From an uncultured Acidobacteriaceae bacterium (GTDB lineage: Bacteria; Acidobacteriota; Terriglobia; Terriglobales; Acidobacteriaceae), in assembly GCA_963822015.1 (NCBI GenBank), contig CAWGGA010000029.1, positions 30,880 through 94,879 on the forward strand: 64,000 nt of DNA, in the 5' to 3' direction. How positions within the stretch are numbered: position 1 is the first letter of the stretch; each line of letters opens with the position of its first letter. Below, one piece after another: positions 18,452 through 28,293 of this stretch. Under the pieces are notes generated by a model. That model made no database searches, was not told the origin of the DNA, and worked only from the letters and a program-made list of their open reading frames with translations. A program made the position numbers and the translations under genes.

Positions 18452-19296
18452 ATGAAAATCATCGCAAATATCTGGAAGCATCCGAAGACGACGGCGGCGG
18501 GGCTGCTGATCGCCATGGCCAGCGTTGCCGGAGTGTTGTCGCAGCAGGGCGTGACACTGGGCAAAGTGGGAACCGGCACGGCGGTGTCACTGGTAAGCGC
18601 GCTGGCGACGGCGCTGCTGGGTTTGCTGGCAAAGGACCCGGAGACAGGAACCGAGGGAACAGGGGAACAAGGGAGCCAACAGGCGAAGCTGGGCGCGTGG
18701 ATGCTGATCGCGCTGCATGATTCCGCTGCCGTGGATGCAGGGATGCACGGCCACGGGCGTGGCGCAGGACATTGTGAACTGGACGCCGGCCTTGCAGAGC
18801 GCGGTGGCCACTGTGGATTCGACGGCGTCGCTGCTGGCGCCGGCGGATGCGCCGATTTTTACCGCGGCCACGGTGGGGTTCGACGCGGCCAGCAATCTGC
18901 TGGTGGCGCAGGCAAAGGCGTACCTGGCCAATCCCTCGGCGGGCGTGCTGGCGGCGCTGCAAAGCCAAATCGTCACATTCCAGCAACAAGTGAACACGGC
19001 GCTGTTGCAGGCAGCCAAGAATTGTAGATGCGAAGAGCCAGCAACATGCGATGGCGGTGATTCAAGGCGTGGCCACGATTGTGAACGCGATCCTGCCGCT
19101 GGTGGAGTCGATTTCGACCAAGGCGCAGGTGGCGCAGATGGCTTCGCAGGCGGGCGTAAAGCTGGCGATGGTGCGGCCGTACCTCGACGACTCAAGGGCG
19201 GCGGCGATTGTGGCCGCGCACTACAGCGAGCCGGTTGAAGTGGCGCGGGTGCAGGTGGCGCAGGCGGAACAGGCGGAGATGGGCGCTGGGTTTTGA
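18452..19296 (+). CDS. Hypothetical membrane protein, ~280 aa after correcting indels near 18716 and 19020: holin-like N-terminus, internal lipobox-like Cys, helical C-terminal domain
   Basis: AAGGAG RBS; ORFs 18452..19027, 18717..19238 and 19051..19296 join into one coherent reading; two TM helices ending LLGLLAKDP, then LGAWMLIALMIPLPWMQGC. Confidence 0.7.
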
Positions 19297-19351
19297 AGAG
19301 CAGTTGTCGGTAGTCAGTTTTCAGCCTGTCGGGTTTGTGAGGGTGGTGCTA

Positions 19352-19386
19352 TCCCAGGTCCAAATTCGGGACCTGGGGCCACCCGG
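19352..19386. repeat. REP-like palindrome CCAGGTC...GACCTGG-GGCCACCCGG
   Basis: Hairpin CCCAGGTCC-aaattcg-GGACCTGGG; homologous copy at 9763-9796 inside panC. Confidence 0.7.
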
Positions 19387-19390
19387 CACC

Positions 19391-19560
19391 CGGCAGTTTA
19401 CAAATGCATTTCATGAAAAGTGGGAGAACTTGCAAACTTATTATTATCTACGGTTTGCATACTACAGCTTTTGCGGGGTTCACAAAACTTTGCGTGTGAC
19501 GCCTGCTATGGAAGGGGGCTGACTTGCCACTTTTGGAATCTGCTGAAGTCCTCAAGTTGA
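19391..19560 (+). pseudogene. Degenerate C-terminal fragment of an IS1-family-like DDE transposase
   Basis: Reads RQFTNAFHEKWENLQ...FAYYSFCGVHKTLRVTPAME, then GLTCHFW in another frame; this matches from recall the TNAFSKK.EN...YYNFCR.H.TLRVTPAM.AGLTDH.W C-terminus of these transposases; AT-rich. Confidence 0.75.
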
Positions 19561-19585
19561 CAGTTTACCGGTAATTCCGTGTAAT
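19557..19585 (+). promoter_or_regulatory. Possible sigma70-type promoter for the small ORF-DUF2335 pair
   Basis: TTGACA (19557-19562), 17-nt spacer, TGTAAT (19580-19585). Confidence 0.4.
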
Positions 19586-19725
19586 TCTGGTAGACTTCTC
19601 CTTGAGCCTACGAGGGATGGATGTGGCTCTAGGAACTCCGGATTCCGTGAGATCCAAGGTGGGGCTTATTGCCTTCAAACCTCATCTAACGGATGGAAGC
19701 TATCAGCCGATGTGCTGAGGAGACC

Positions 19726-19944
19726 ATGGAAAAGAAAGTAAAATCAGATTTTCTCTTTGCGCAACCTTCCTTTGCGTCGGGTGCTGCTCGGGCTCTCGAT
19801 CTGTGGGGAGTGTTGGACGACTACAATATCAGTTCTACAACTCTTGAGGCGGACGAGAAGGCCATTGCCGCGGATTGGATTATCGTAGGCCAAGACCTCT
19901 CTGATGCCATGGGGCAAGATGAGTCAGAATTAAAGGTCGCTTGA
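19726..19944 (+). CDS. Small acidic hypothetical protein (72 aa) of the type found upstream of DUF2335 genes
   Basis: GAGGAG RBS; PSFASGAARALDLWG...AIAADWIIVGQDL; 3 nt before the next gene. Confidence 0.75.
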   Translation: MEKKVKSDFLFAQPSFASGAARALDLWGVLDDYNISSTTLEADEKAIAADWIIVGQDLSDAMGQDESELKVA

Positions 19945-19947
19945 TTT

Positions 19948-20397
19948 GTGAGCAAGAAGCACCGTCAAAGAGAGCAAGCTGCACCTCCGCCGCCTAATTC
20001 CGCGCTCGCAACGCTCACCCATCAGTCGCTTTCGTTCTCTGGTCCGCTCCCACCTCCTGGGCTTCTTGCCAAATATAACGAAGTAATCCCGAATGGCGCA
20101 GAGCGAATCGTAGCGATGGCAGAGCGCCAGAGCACCCATCGTGAATCCTTAGAAGCCCAGGTCGTCGCTGGGAACGTAGCTAGTCAGAAAAGGGGCTCGA
20201 TTTTCGCCTTCATTATTTGTCTCGTCGCGCTTATCGGGGGCTTTGCGCTTCTTTTTACGGGCAGAAATGTAGACGGCTTGGTCGCAATTATCTCTAGTCT
20301 AACGGCACTCGCCGGCGTCTTTGTGTATGGCAGATACAAGCAGGGAAAAGAACGCGTAGGCAAGGCAGATGCCCTTGCCACACGACGGCGGAATTAG
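19948..20397 (+). CDS. DUF2335 family membrane protein
   Basis: FSGPLPPP..LAKYNEVIPNGAERIVAMAERQ..HR signature followed by two TM helices. Confidence 0.88.
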   Translation: MSKKHRQREQAAPPPPNSALATLTHQSLSFSGPLPPPGLLAKYNEVIPNGAERIVAMAERQSTHRESLEAQVVAGNVASQKRGSIFAFIICLVALIGGFALLFTGRNVDGLVAIISSLTALAGVFVYGRYKQGKERVGKADALATRRRN

Positions 20398-20519
20398 TTG
20401 CATTCGCTTTATCGAACGGTCAGCACATGAAGTAAGGTCCAAACGACTTCCCGTGACCGACTCTTCAGTGAAGTACGTGAATACAGTCAACTCTCAAACT
20501 TCGCTACCACCGACCTTTT

Positions 20520-21684
20520 TCAGCTGTTGGCGTCCTGCGCTTCGCCGAGGATCAATTTGAGGGTGATCTGTTTTCTGCCGCGCAGGATGGTGACGCTGAC
20601 GATGTCGCCGGCATGGTGCTTATCCATGATGGCGCTGATGTCCTGGGGATCGGTGACCTGGTGGCCGTCGATGGCCACGATGAGATCGCCGCCGAGCATG
20701 ATGGGCGTGTTGCCGACGTAAGCCTGTTCATTGCCGCCGCGCAGGCCGGCGCGGTCGGCCGCACCGCCGGGAATCACGCGCTGGATCAGCACGCCCTGGT
20801 CCGCGGAGAGACCCATCTGCGAGGCGAGATCGGGACCGATAGCGTAGGAGACGATGCCCAGCGAAGGCCGCTTGACGCGCCCGTAACGGATGAGGTCGCC
20901 GAGCACGGCCTTGGCGGTGTTGATGGGGATGGCGAAGCCGATGCCGGAGCTCTGGTCGGCGCCGTTGGAGGCGATCATGGTATTGATGCCGATCACTTCG
21001 CCCGAGGAGTTGAGCAGCGGCCCGCCGGAGTTGCCGGGATTGATGGCGGCATCGGTCTGGATGGCGTCCTCAATCGGCGCGCCGTCTTCGTTCCGAATGG
21101 ACCGGATGGAGCTGATGATGCCGCGCGTCATGGTGCCGCTGAGACCGAAGGGATTGCCGATGGCGTAGACCTTCTGGCCCACGTTGAGTCCGCGAGGAGT
21201 CGGCCAGCGTGACCGGCTGCAAGTTGGGCGCGTCGATCTGCAGCAGCGCAAGGTCGTGAACTTTGTCGACCCCTACGACGCGAGCAGGATAGTGGCGCTT
21301 GTTCCAGAGCATGACTTCGATGCCGCGGTTGGCGCCCTCGATGACGTGGTAGTTGGTGAGAATGTGGCCGGCTTTGTCGAGAATGAAGCCCGAGCCCTGG
21401 CCCTGTTGCGGAACGGTTCCATAGAAGAAGTCGAAGACCAGGGTGGTGGAGGTGATGTTGACCACCGAGGGCAAAACTTTTTTGTAGACGGCGATGTTGT
21501 TCTGTTCTTCGGCGTCGTAGGCGGGCGCGGCGTGAGCCTCAGTGAGCTCGAGCGGGGCGCCGGAGCCATCGGACCCGATGAGCGAGGAACGGCCCCCGGA
21601 AAAGATGGGCTGGAGATGCGTGGTAATGAACCAGAATCCGCCCAACAAGAGAACGACAATCAAAAGAATCCGGCTCAATCTCAT
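20520..21684 (-). CDS. HtrA/DegS-like trypsin serine protease with PDZ domain; indel near 21190
   Basis: [41 protein letters not shown]-terminal PDZ-like region. Confidence 0.93.
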
Positions 21685-21788
21685 GGTTCGCAGACCAGAA
21701 AAACCTTCCTTCGGGCCGGTGAAACGACCCTGATATTGTTACGGCGGCCGTTGGGCGAAGTTCCGCCCGCGAGTCGCGACCGCCCCTC

Positions 21789-22548
21789 TTATTTTAGAGA
21801 CAAGTCCTGCCGGGGTTTGTTGCTCTCGGCCTGCAGGCGCGGCCAGAGGGCATTGACCTGGGCGTGGAGCGCGGCGATATCACCCGAATTATCAAGAACA
21901 TAATCGGCCTGAGCGGCTTTCTCCGCGTCTGGAACCTGGTGTGAAAGGCGGATGCGGGCGTCGGATTCCAACGCCGGCGACGAAGACCTGTCGCTGGGGG
22001 CCCCGGCTGCAATGGCTTCGCGGCCTGGCGGCCGTTGGCGCACTGCCGGCGCTCAATAATTGGATGCGGGCAACGTAGCGGGCGATCTTGAGCGAGTCAG
22101 GGGCGGTGACGACGACGATGCGGTCGATGCGGCGACGCCAGTCCGCCAACACGCTCTCTTTTTCGCCGCGGGCGCGGGCGTCGCGAACAACTTCAAAGAT
22201 AAGCGCCGACTCGACGACGGCGATTGCGGACGGATCGCGCTCGGCGATCTCGTTCATCCATCGGCCCTCGGCTTCAATCACGGGCGGATGCACGATGGCA
22301 TTGAGCTGCTGCAGGCGGCCTTCGCGGAAGGCGAGGCCGGCGAGGCGGGCGCGGTTGAGGTGGCCGTCGGGGTTGACGACCTGTGGGCCAAAGACGCGCA
22401 CAATTTCGGCGTAGACGGGCTGGCCTGGCTCCATAAGCGCGCGGCCCAGCGCATCGGCCTCGATAACCTGAGCGCCGAGTTTTCTGAGCATGGCGGCGAC
22501 GGTGGATTTGCCGCTGCCCAGGCCGCCGGTGAGGCCGACGCGCAGCAT
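21789..22548 (-). CDS. coaE: Dephospho-CoA kinase; indel near 22040; carries a repeat-derived insertion
   Basis: MLRVGLTGGLGSGKST, LNAIVHPPV, VESALIFE; C-terminus EKAAQADYVLDNSG in ORF 21789..22043. Confidence 0.92.
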
Positions 22549-22551
22549 CGG

Positions 22552-23477
22552 CTACAGCCCCCGCCGCGGAATTTCACGTTCTGGGCGGCGCGCACAGTGT
22601 TGGACATCAGCATGGCAATGGTGAGCAGGCCGACGCCGCCCGGAACGGGAGTGTATGAGCCGGAGATCTCGAAGGCCCTGGGATCGATGTCGCCCACGAT
22701 GGTTGAGCCGCGCTTTGCGAAGGCCGCTTCGCGTTTGGCGTCGCCCTTGAAGAAGCGGTCGAACTCCTCGCGCGTGGTGAGGCGGTTGATGCCGACATCG
22801 ATGAGCGTGGCGCCGGGCTTAACCATCTCCGGCGTAATGAAGCCGGGGCGGCCGATGGCGGCGACGAGAATGTCGGCTTGCCGCGTTATGGCGGGCAGGT
22901 CACGCGTCTTCGAGTGGCAAATCGTGACAGTGGCGTTCTGGTGCAGCAGGAGCATGGCGACAGGTTTGCCCACAATGTCGCTGCGGCCGACGACGACGGC
23001 GTGCTGGCCGGCGATGGGAATCTGGCTGCGCTTAAGGATCTCGATGACGCCGGCGGGCGTGCAGGGCGCGAGCGCGGGACGGCCGGCGAGCAGACGGCCG
23101 GCGTTGACGGGATGAAAGCCGTCGACGTCTTTTGCGGGATGGACTGCATCCAGCAGGGCTTTGGAGTCGATTTGTGCCGGTAGCGGCAATTGGATGAGGA
23201 TGCCGTCGATGTCGTCGCGCGCATTGAGCCGGGCGACAAGCGAGAGCATGTCTTCTGTAGTAATTTCCGCAGGCGGCGTGATGAGGTCGCTGAAGATGCC
23301 GAGCTCGGCGCAGGCTTGCACCTTGTTGCGGACATAGATTTCCGACGCGGGCACGTGGCCAACCAGCACCGCGGCAAGGCCGGGACGAATCCCCCGAGCG
23401 GCCAGCGCGCGGACCTCTTCAGCGACTTCCTGCTTGATGGCAGCGGCAATGGCCGCGCCATCGAGAATCCTTGGCAT
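22552..23477 (-). CDS. folD: Bifunctional methylenetetrahydrofolate dehydrogenase/cyclohydrolase; probable indel in the last codons
   Basis: ILDG, DGILIQLPLP, KDVDGFHP, PCTPAG, GRSDIVGKP, TPVPGGVG; out-of-frame TAG at 22552-22554 just before coaE. Confidence 0.95.
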
Positions 23478-23661
23478 TTGTTGCTCCAAGGTTCATGGTA
23501 TCGCCTTGGTTTGAGGCCGGCGGTGACCGTCCGCCCGGGTGTTTTCGGAGTTCGGCGATGGCATTTGTAAGGGCTGAGTGCCGCGTGGGCCACGTCACAC
23601 CGGGTTGTGAGCAGGCTCACATACAGCCCTGGCTTGCGAGCCTAACTTCGTAGGCGTTGGA

Positions 23662-23677
23662 AGTGTGCTGGATCACA
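23662..23677. promoter_or_regulatory. Possible CRP/FNR-family binding site upstream of the cytochrome operon
   Basis: AGTGT-N6-TCACA, 8/10 match to TGTGA-N6-TCACA, ~70 nt before the ATG at 23747. Confidence 0.25.
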
Positions 23678-23746
23678 TAGATAGTCACAAAGGTCCAGTA
23701 ACACGCAAGACCGCTTCCGGCGGCAGCCCAACGAAGAGAGTGCTTC

Positions 23747-24244
23747 ATGAGCGGTTTGAAGGATGCAGGACATCTTTTCCGGTTTGCAGGGCTATTTGTG
23801 CTCGCATTTCTTGTCTTTCTGGTGGTGCGCGGGTACGTGGTCCCAAAGACCTTTGGAGAGTATGGGCACTATCGTGGAGCCGCGATCGGCGAAATAGCCG
23901 CGAAACCGATCCGGTTTGCCGGCCACCAGGCGTGCGAGAGCTGCCACACAGATATTGCCGACGCCAAGTCGAAAGGCGTTCATGCACAGGTGAACTGCGA
24001 GGCTTGCCACGGAGCGCTGGCGGCGCATGCCGACGATCCCATGTCGGTGACGCCGGTTAAGCCGGATACGGCGGTGCTGTGCGCGCGCTGCCACACGGCG
24101 AGCGCGGCCAAGCCGGCGGGCTTTCCGCAGGTGAATCCGGCGGAACACTCCGGCGGAGTTCCGTGCGAGACCTGCCATAACCCGCATAGCCCGGCAATTG
24201 GTTCGGATGCGAGCACAAGCGCGGCGAAGGGAGGCGCGAAATGA
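23747..24244 (+). CDS. Membrane-anchored tetraheme cytochrome c
   Basis: N-terminal TM helix; CESCH, CEACH, CARCH, CETCH. Confidence 0.9.
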   Translation: MSGLKDAGHLFRFAGLFVLAFLVFLVVRGYVVPKTFGEYGHYRGAAIGEIAAKPIRFAGHQACESCHTDIADAKSKGVHAQVNCEACHGALAAHADDPMSVTPVKPDTAVLCARCHTASAAKPAGFPQVNPAEHSGGVPCETCHNPHSPAIGSDASTSAAKGGAK

Positions 24245-24976
24245 ACATCAGCCGACGTCGTTTGCTGATTCTTTTGCCCGCGGCAGCCGTTGCGTGGAAA
24301 TACGTGAGGGCCGGGACACCGGAGTCCTCGCCGAACTACCAGATGAGCGAGCACTGGTGGGGCATGCTGATCGATATCCCGAAGTGCATTGGCTGCGGCA
24401 ACTGCGTGCGCGCGTGCCAAACGGAAAACGATGTGCCCGATGGGTTCTTCCGCACGTGGGTGGAGCGATATCACCGGTCGGATTTTCATCTTGAGAATCC
24501 CGAGGTAATTTCGCCCGACGGCGGTAAAGAGGGGTTCCCCGTGGTAGCAGGAAGGCGAAGAAGGAAAGTTTTTCTTCGTTCCCAAGATGTGCAATCACTG
24601 CGCGGATTCGCCCTGCACGCAGGTGTGCCCCGTCGGCGCAACGTTCATCAGCCCGGACGGCGTGGTATTGATCGACCAGACCTATTGCCTGGGCTGCGCT
24701 TATTGCGTGCAGGCATGCCCGTATGGCTGCCGCTACATCCATCCCACAAAGAAGGTCGCTGACAAATGCACGTTGTGCTACCACCGGATCACCAAGGGAC
24801 TGACGACCGCCTGCTGCGAAGCGTGCCCGACGGGAGCGCGGCAACTGGCCGACCTGAAGAATCCCAACGATCCGATCCACGAGTTTTTGAAGACCCACAC
24901 CGTGCAGGTGTTAAAGCCGCAGATGGCCACCGGGGCCAAGGCTTTCTATAACGGGCTGGATGGTTCGGTGAGATAA
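24241..24976 (+). CDS. NrfC/PsrB-like 4Fe-4S dicluster protein with Tat signal; indel near 24550
   Basis: SRRRLL Tat motif; [44 protein letters not shown]...[10 protein letters not shown]; ATGA overlap with the cytochrome gene. Confidence 0.92.
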
Positions 24977-25014
24977 AAGCAGGGACCAGGGACTAGAAGC
25001 CAGGAGCAGATGTT

Positions 25015-26194
25015 ATGGGCGGTGTTGAAGGCTATATGTATCCGAACGAGGTGACGCTCTATTGGAGCGTACTGATCGTACTGTATCCCTACATCACGGG
25101 GCTGGTGGCGGGCGCGTTCATTCTGGCGTCGTTGGTGCGGGTCTTCCGCGTGCAGGCGGTTGCTCCCACTTACAGGCTGGCGTTGCTTACGGCTCTGGCG
25201 TTTCTGCTGGACGCGCCGCTGCCGCTGCAGATGCACCTGGGCCATCCGGAGCGCTCGCCGGAGATGTACTTCACGCCGCACAGCAGCTCGGCGATGGCAA
25301 TGTTCGGCTACGTTTACCTGTGGTACCTGATGGCCGTGCTGGTGTTTGAGATCTGGCTGGATTACCGTCGCGAGATCGTGCTGCGTTCGCAGCAAGCAAA
25401 GGGTCCGGTGCGCTGGATCTACAAGATCATGACGCTGGGCTCGAGCAACATCAGCGAGCGCTCACTGCATATTGACGAAAAAGTCGGCTGGATTGTGACG
25501 CTGGTTGGCATTCCATCGGCGTTCCTGCTGCACGGCTACGTGGGCTTCATTTTCGGATCGATCAAGGCCAATCCCGTGGTGGTCGTCGCCGCTGATGCCG
25601 GTGGTATTTATCTTTTCGGCGATGGTATCAGGGATCGCCGCTGTGATGCTGATCTACATGGCCACGACCAAGATGCGCGGGCAGAAGATCGACATGCGCT
25701 GCGTGGACACGATTGCGATGTACATGTTCTACATCTTCATCATCGATTTCAGCCTGGAAATGCTGGATCTGGTGCACCGCATCTACGAGGCCGACGAGTC
25801 GTTTCGCAGCCTGGATTTCATGGTGCACACCAAGCTCTACTTCTCGCAGATCGTGCTGCAGATGTTCCTGGGCACGCTGTTGCCGCTGGCGCTGCTGTTC
25901 CTGACGCAGGTGGTGAACCTGAAGGAGATGGTACGCAAGCGTATCTATGTTTTCTCCGGTTGCCTGATCCTGATCAGCGTGTTCGCCATGCGCTGGAACG
26001 TGGTAATCGGCGGCCAATTATTCTCGAAGAGTTTTCTCGGTTACACGACCTACAAGATGGATCTGGTTACAAAAGAGGGGCTGCTGATGGCCATTGGCCT
26101 GACCATCCTGCCGCTGCTCTTTCTTTGGGGGCTGGTAAAACTGCTGCCCCCGTGGCCTGAAAAGAGCCTGCCCGAAGCGGCAGCGGGCGACTAA
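25015..26194 (+). CDS. NrfD/PsrC family membrane quinol-interacting subunit; indel near 25575
   Basis: WSVLIVLYPYITGLVAGAF, HLGHPER, LLHGYVGFIF, RWNVVIGGQ; multiple TM helices. Confidence 0.92.
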
Positions 26195-26229
26195 GAGCGG
26201 CCTCGCGAGCGGTGGATCGGGTGGGGAAT

Positions 26230-27961
26230 ATGAACGATCTTCCCGACGAAGTCGAGCGGTTCAACAAACGCCTGGAAGCGCTGGAGCGGCGCGTAGCTAC
26301 GCTGGAGCCGCGAATCGCCGCGCTGGAACACCCGCTTTCGGCGCGCTGGCCACAACGCTCGCCGGAGTTGGAGCAAACCCCAGCACAGCAGGCTGAAGAA
26401 GAGGCGGCGCTTGCGCCGGCCAGCAGCGTGTTTGGCGTGCTGGGCAGGGCGCTGCTGGGCATTGCAGGCGCATATGCACTGCGGGCCGTGGAGGAAGCAA
26501 GCTCTCTTCCCAGGTTGGCCGTGGCTTCAGCGGGGATCGTATACGCATTTCTGTGGCTTGTGCTGGCAGCCCGGTTGCGCGGCGGCCGGCAGTTCGCGCG
26601 CACCGTTTATTCCGCCACATCAGCGCTGATTCTTGCTCCCATGCTTTGGGAGCTGACCTTGCGGTTCAAAGTGATTCCCGGGGCGACGGCTGCGTGCGTA
26701 CTATGCCTTTACGCGGTTGCAGCGGTTGGGCTGGCCTGGAAGCAAGAATGGAAGCGCGATCTGACGCCGGTTCTGCGCGTGGGTGGAGTTGCGCCGGCCG
26801 GACTTGCCCTGGCACTTGCGCTGGCCTCGCACACGATGGTGCCGTTCATCGTCGCGCTCCTGATTCTTGCGGCGATGAGCGAGTTTGTGCCTGCGATGCA
26901 GAGTGCGCCGGAAGTGCGCGCGCTGGCCGCGCTGGCCGCCGACGCGGCGATCTGGGTTTTGATTTATGTCTACTTTGCTCCGCAATCCGCGGGTGAAGAT
27001 TATCCGGCTCTCGGCAGAGCCGAGTTGCTCAGTCCCGGCATCACGCTGTTTGTTCTGTATGCGGCGAGCATCAGCTGGAAGACGGTTCTGCGCGCAAGAC
27101 CAATTACTGCCTTTGAGGCGGTACAGACCACGATTGCGCTCCTGCTGGCCGCTGTGAGCGTGGCTGACTTTGGGCCGGCGGGCAGCACCATGATCCTGGG
27201 CATTGTTTTCATGGCGTTGTCTGCGACGATTTGTACGGCGGTCTTCACGATATTTGAGCACGCCCCGGAACGGCGTAACGCCGCCGTTTTTGCCGCATGG
27301 GGCGCGGCGCTGCTTTTGACAGGGAGCTTCCTGTGCTTACCTGCGCTGCCGCTGGCTGTGGTGCTGGGCGCGGCCGCTATTGCGGCGACGATTCTGGGAA
27401 GCCGGAGAAGCCGGCTGGCCTGGGAGTTCTACGGTATGGTGTTTCTGCTGGCGGCGGCCTCGGCATCGAGGCTGCTGAGCTTTCTCATCGGTGCGCTTGT
27501 CGGGACTCCGCTGGGCAGGCCGGCAGCGAGTATCTGGCTGGTCGCGTGTTCCGCAATTCTGTGCTACGCAGCCGCGAAGCCTAGCGAAAACGAGACCTGG
27601 AAGCCGCGGGTGCTTCATCTTGGCTTTGCCGCGCTGGCAGTTGGGGCCGTTGCGGCGCTGCTGGTACAGGGACTCGATTGGGCTGACGGCCTTGCTGGTG
27701 CAGCCCGGAGCGCATCACCTGGCGCTGATCCGGACGCTGACACTGTGCGCAACGGCGCTGACGCTGGTATATGGCGGAGCACATTGGCGGCGCATTGAGT
27801 TGACGCAGCTAGGCTACGCGGTGCTGGCGCTGGTCGCGGTGAAGCTCGTCACCGAGGACCTGCGCCACGGCCACCTCGGATACATCGCCGCATCGATCTT
27901 TCTTGTTGCGTTAACGCTGATTGCGGCGCCGCGGATGGCGCGCGCGCGGCAAAAGGCATGA
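26230..27961 (+). CDS. Polytopic membrane protein with N-terminal coiled coil (DUF2339-like); indel near 27675
   Basis: RLEALERRVATLE coiled coil, then many hydrophobic segments; C-terminus KLVTEDLRHG in ORF 27491..27961. Confidence 0.7.
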
Positions 27962-28293
27962 GCAACTTGAGATGATGCGCGGCACCCATTCCCCGGTTGC
28001 GGCCGAGGCTGAGTGCCCGGAAGACCATTTTAGCTTGTAGGCCTCCCGGACGATCTCGGCTTTTGAACTTTCTAATGACCAAAGCCGGATGCGATGCGGC
28101 ACGTGGGAAATCAAGTGCACTGCGAAATGATTTCCGGCAGCCTGCTGAAAACCCCGCTCCTTGCCGAAGAGGTAGACATGGAGGCCTGCGCAGCCGCAAT
28201 GGCGCGACGGGGCTTTCTGTCTGCGCAGGGCTTGTGCCGGCGCTTTGCGGGTTTATCGCGGAAGGACGGACTGAGGCGGTGGGGGCAGTAGGA

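Noticed and set aside
22278-23489. FolD with a 90-aa C-terminal extension overlapping coaE
   Set aside because: The extension is an off-frame reading of coaE; an out-of-frame TAG at 22552-22554 indicates a single indel in the last folD codons.
23490-23640. ZMP/ZTP or THF riboswitch upstream of folD
   Set aside because: The conserved sequence blocks of those riboswitches are not visible; kept only as an unassigned structure in findings.
27962-28293. Possible IS end (CAGCCTGCTGAAAA) or N-terminal extension of the HDOD gene
   Set aside because: No convincing partner inverted repeat or TSD; the upstream ORF extension has no domain-like character.
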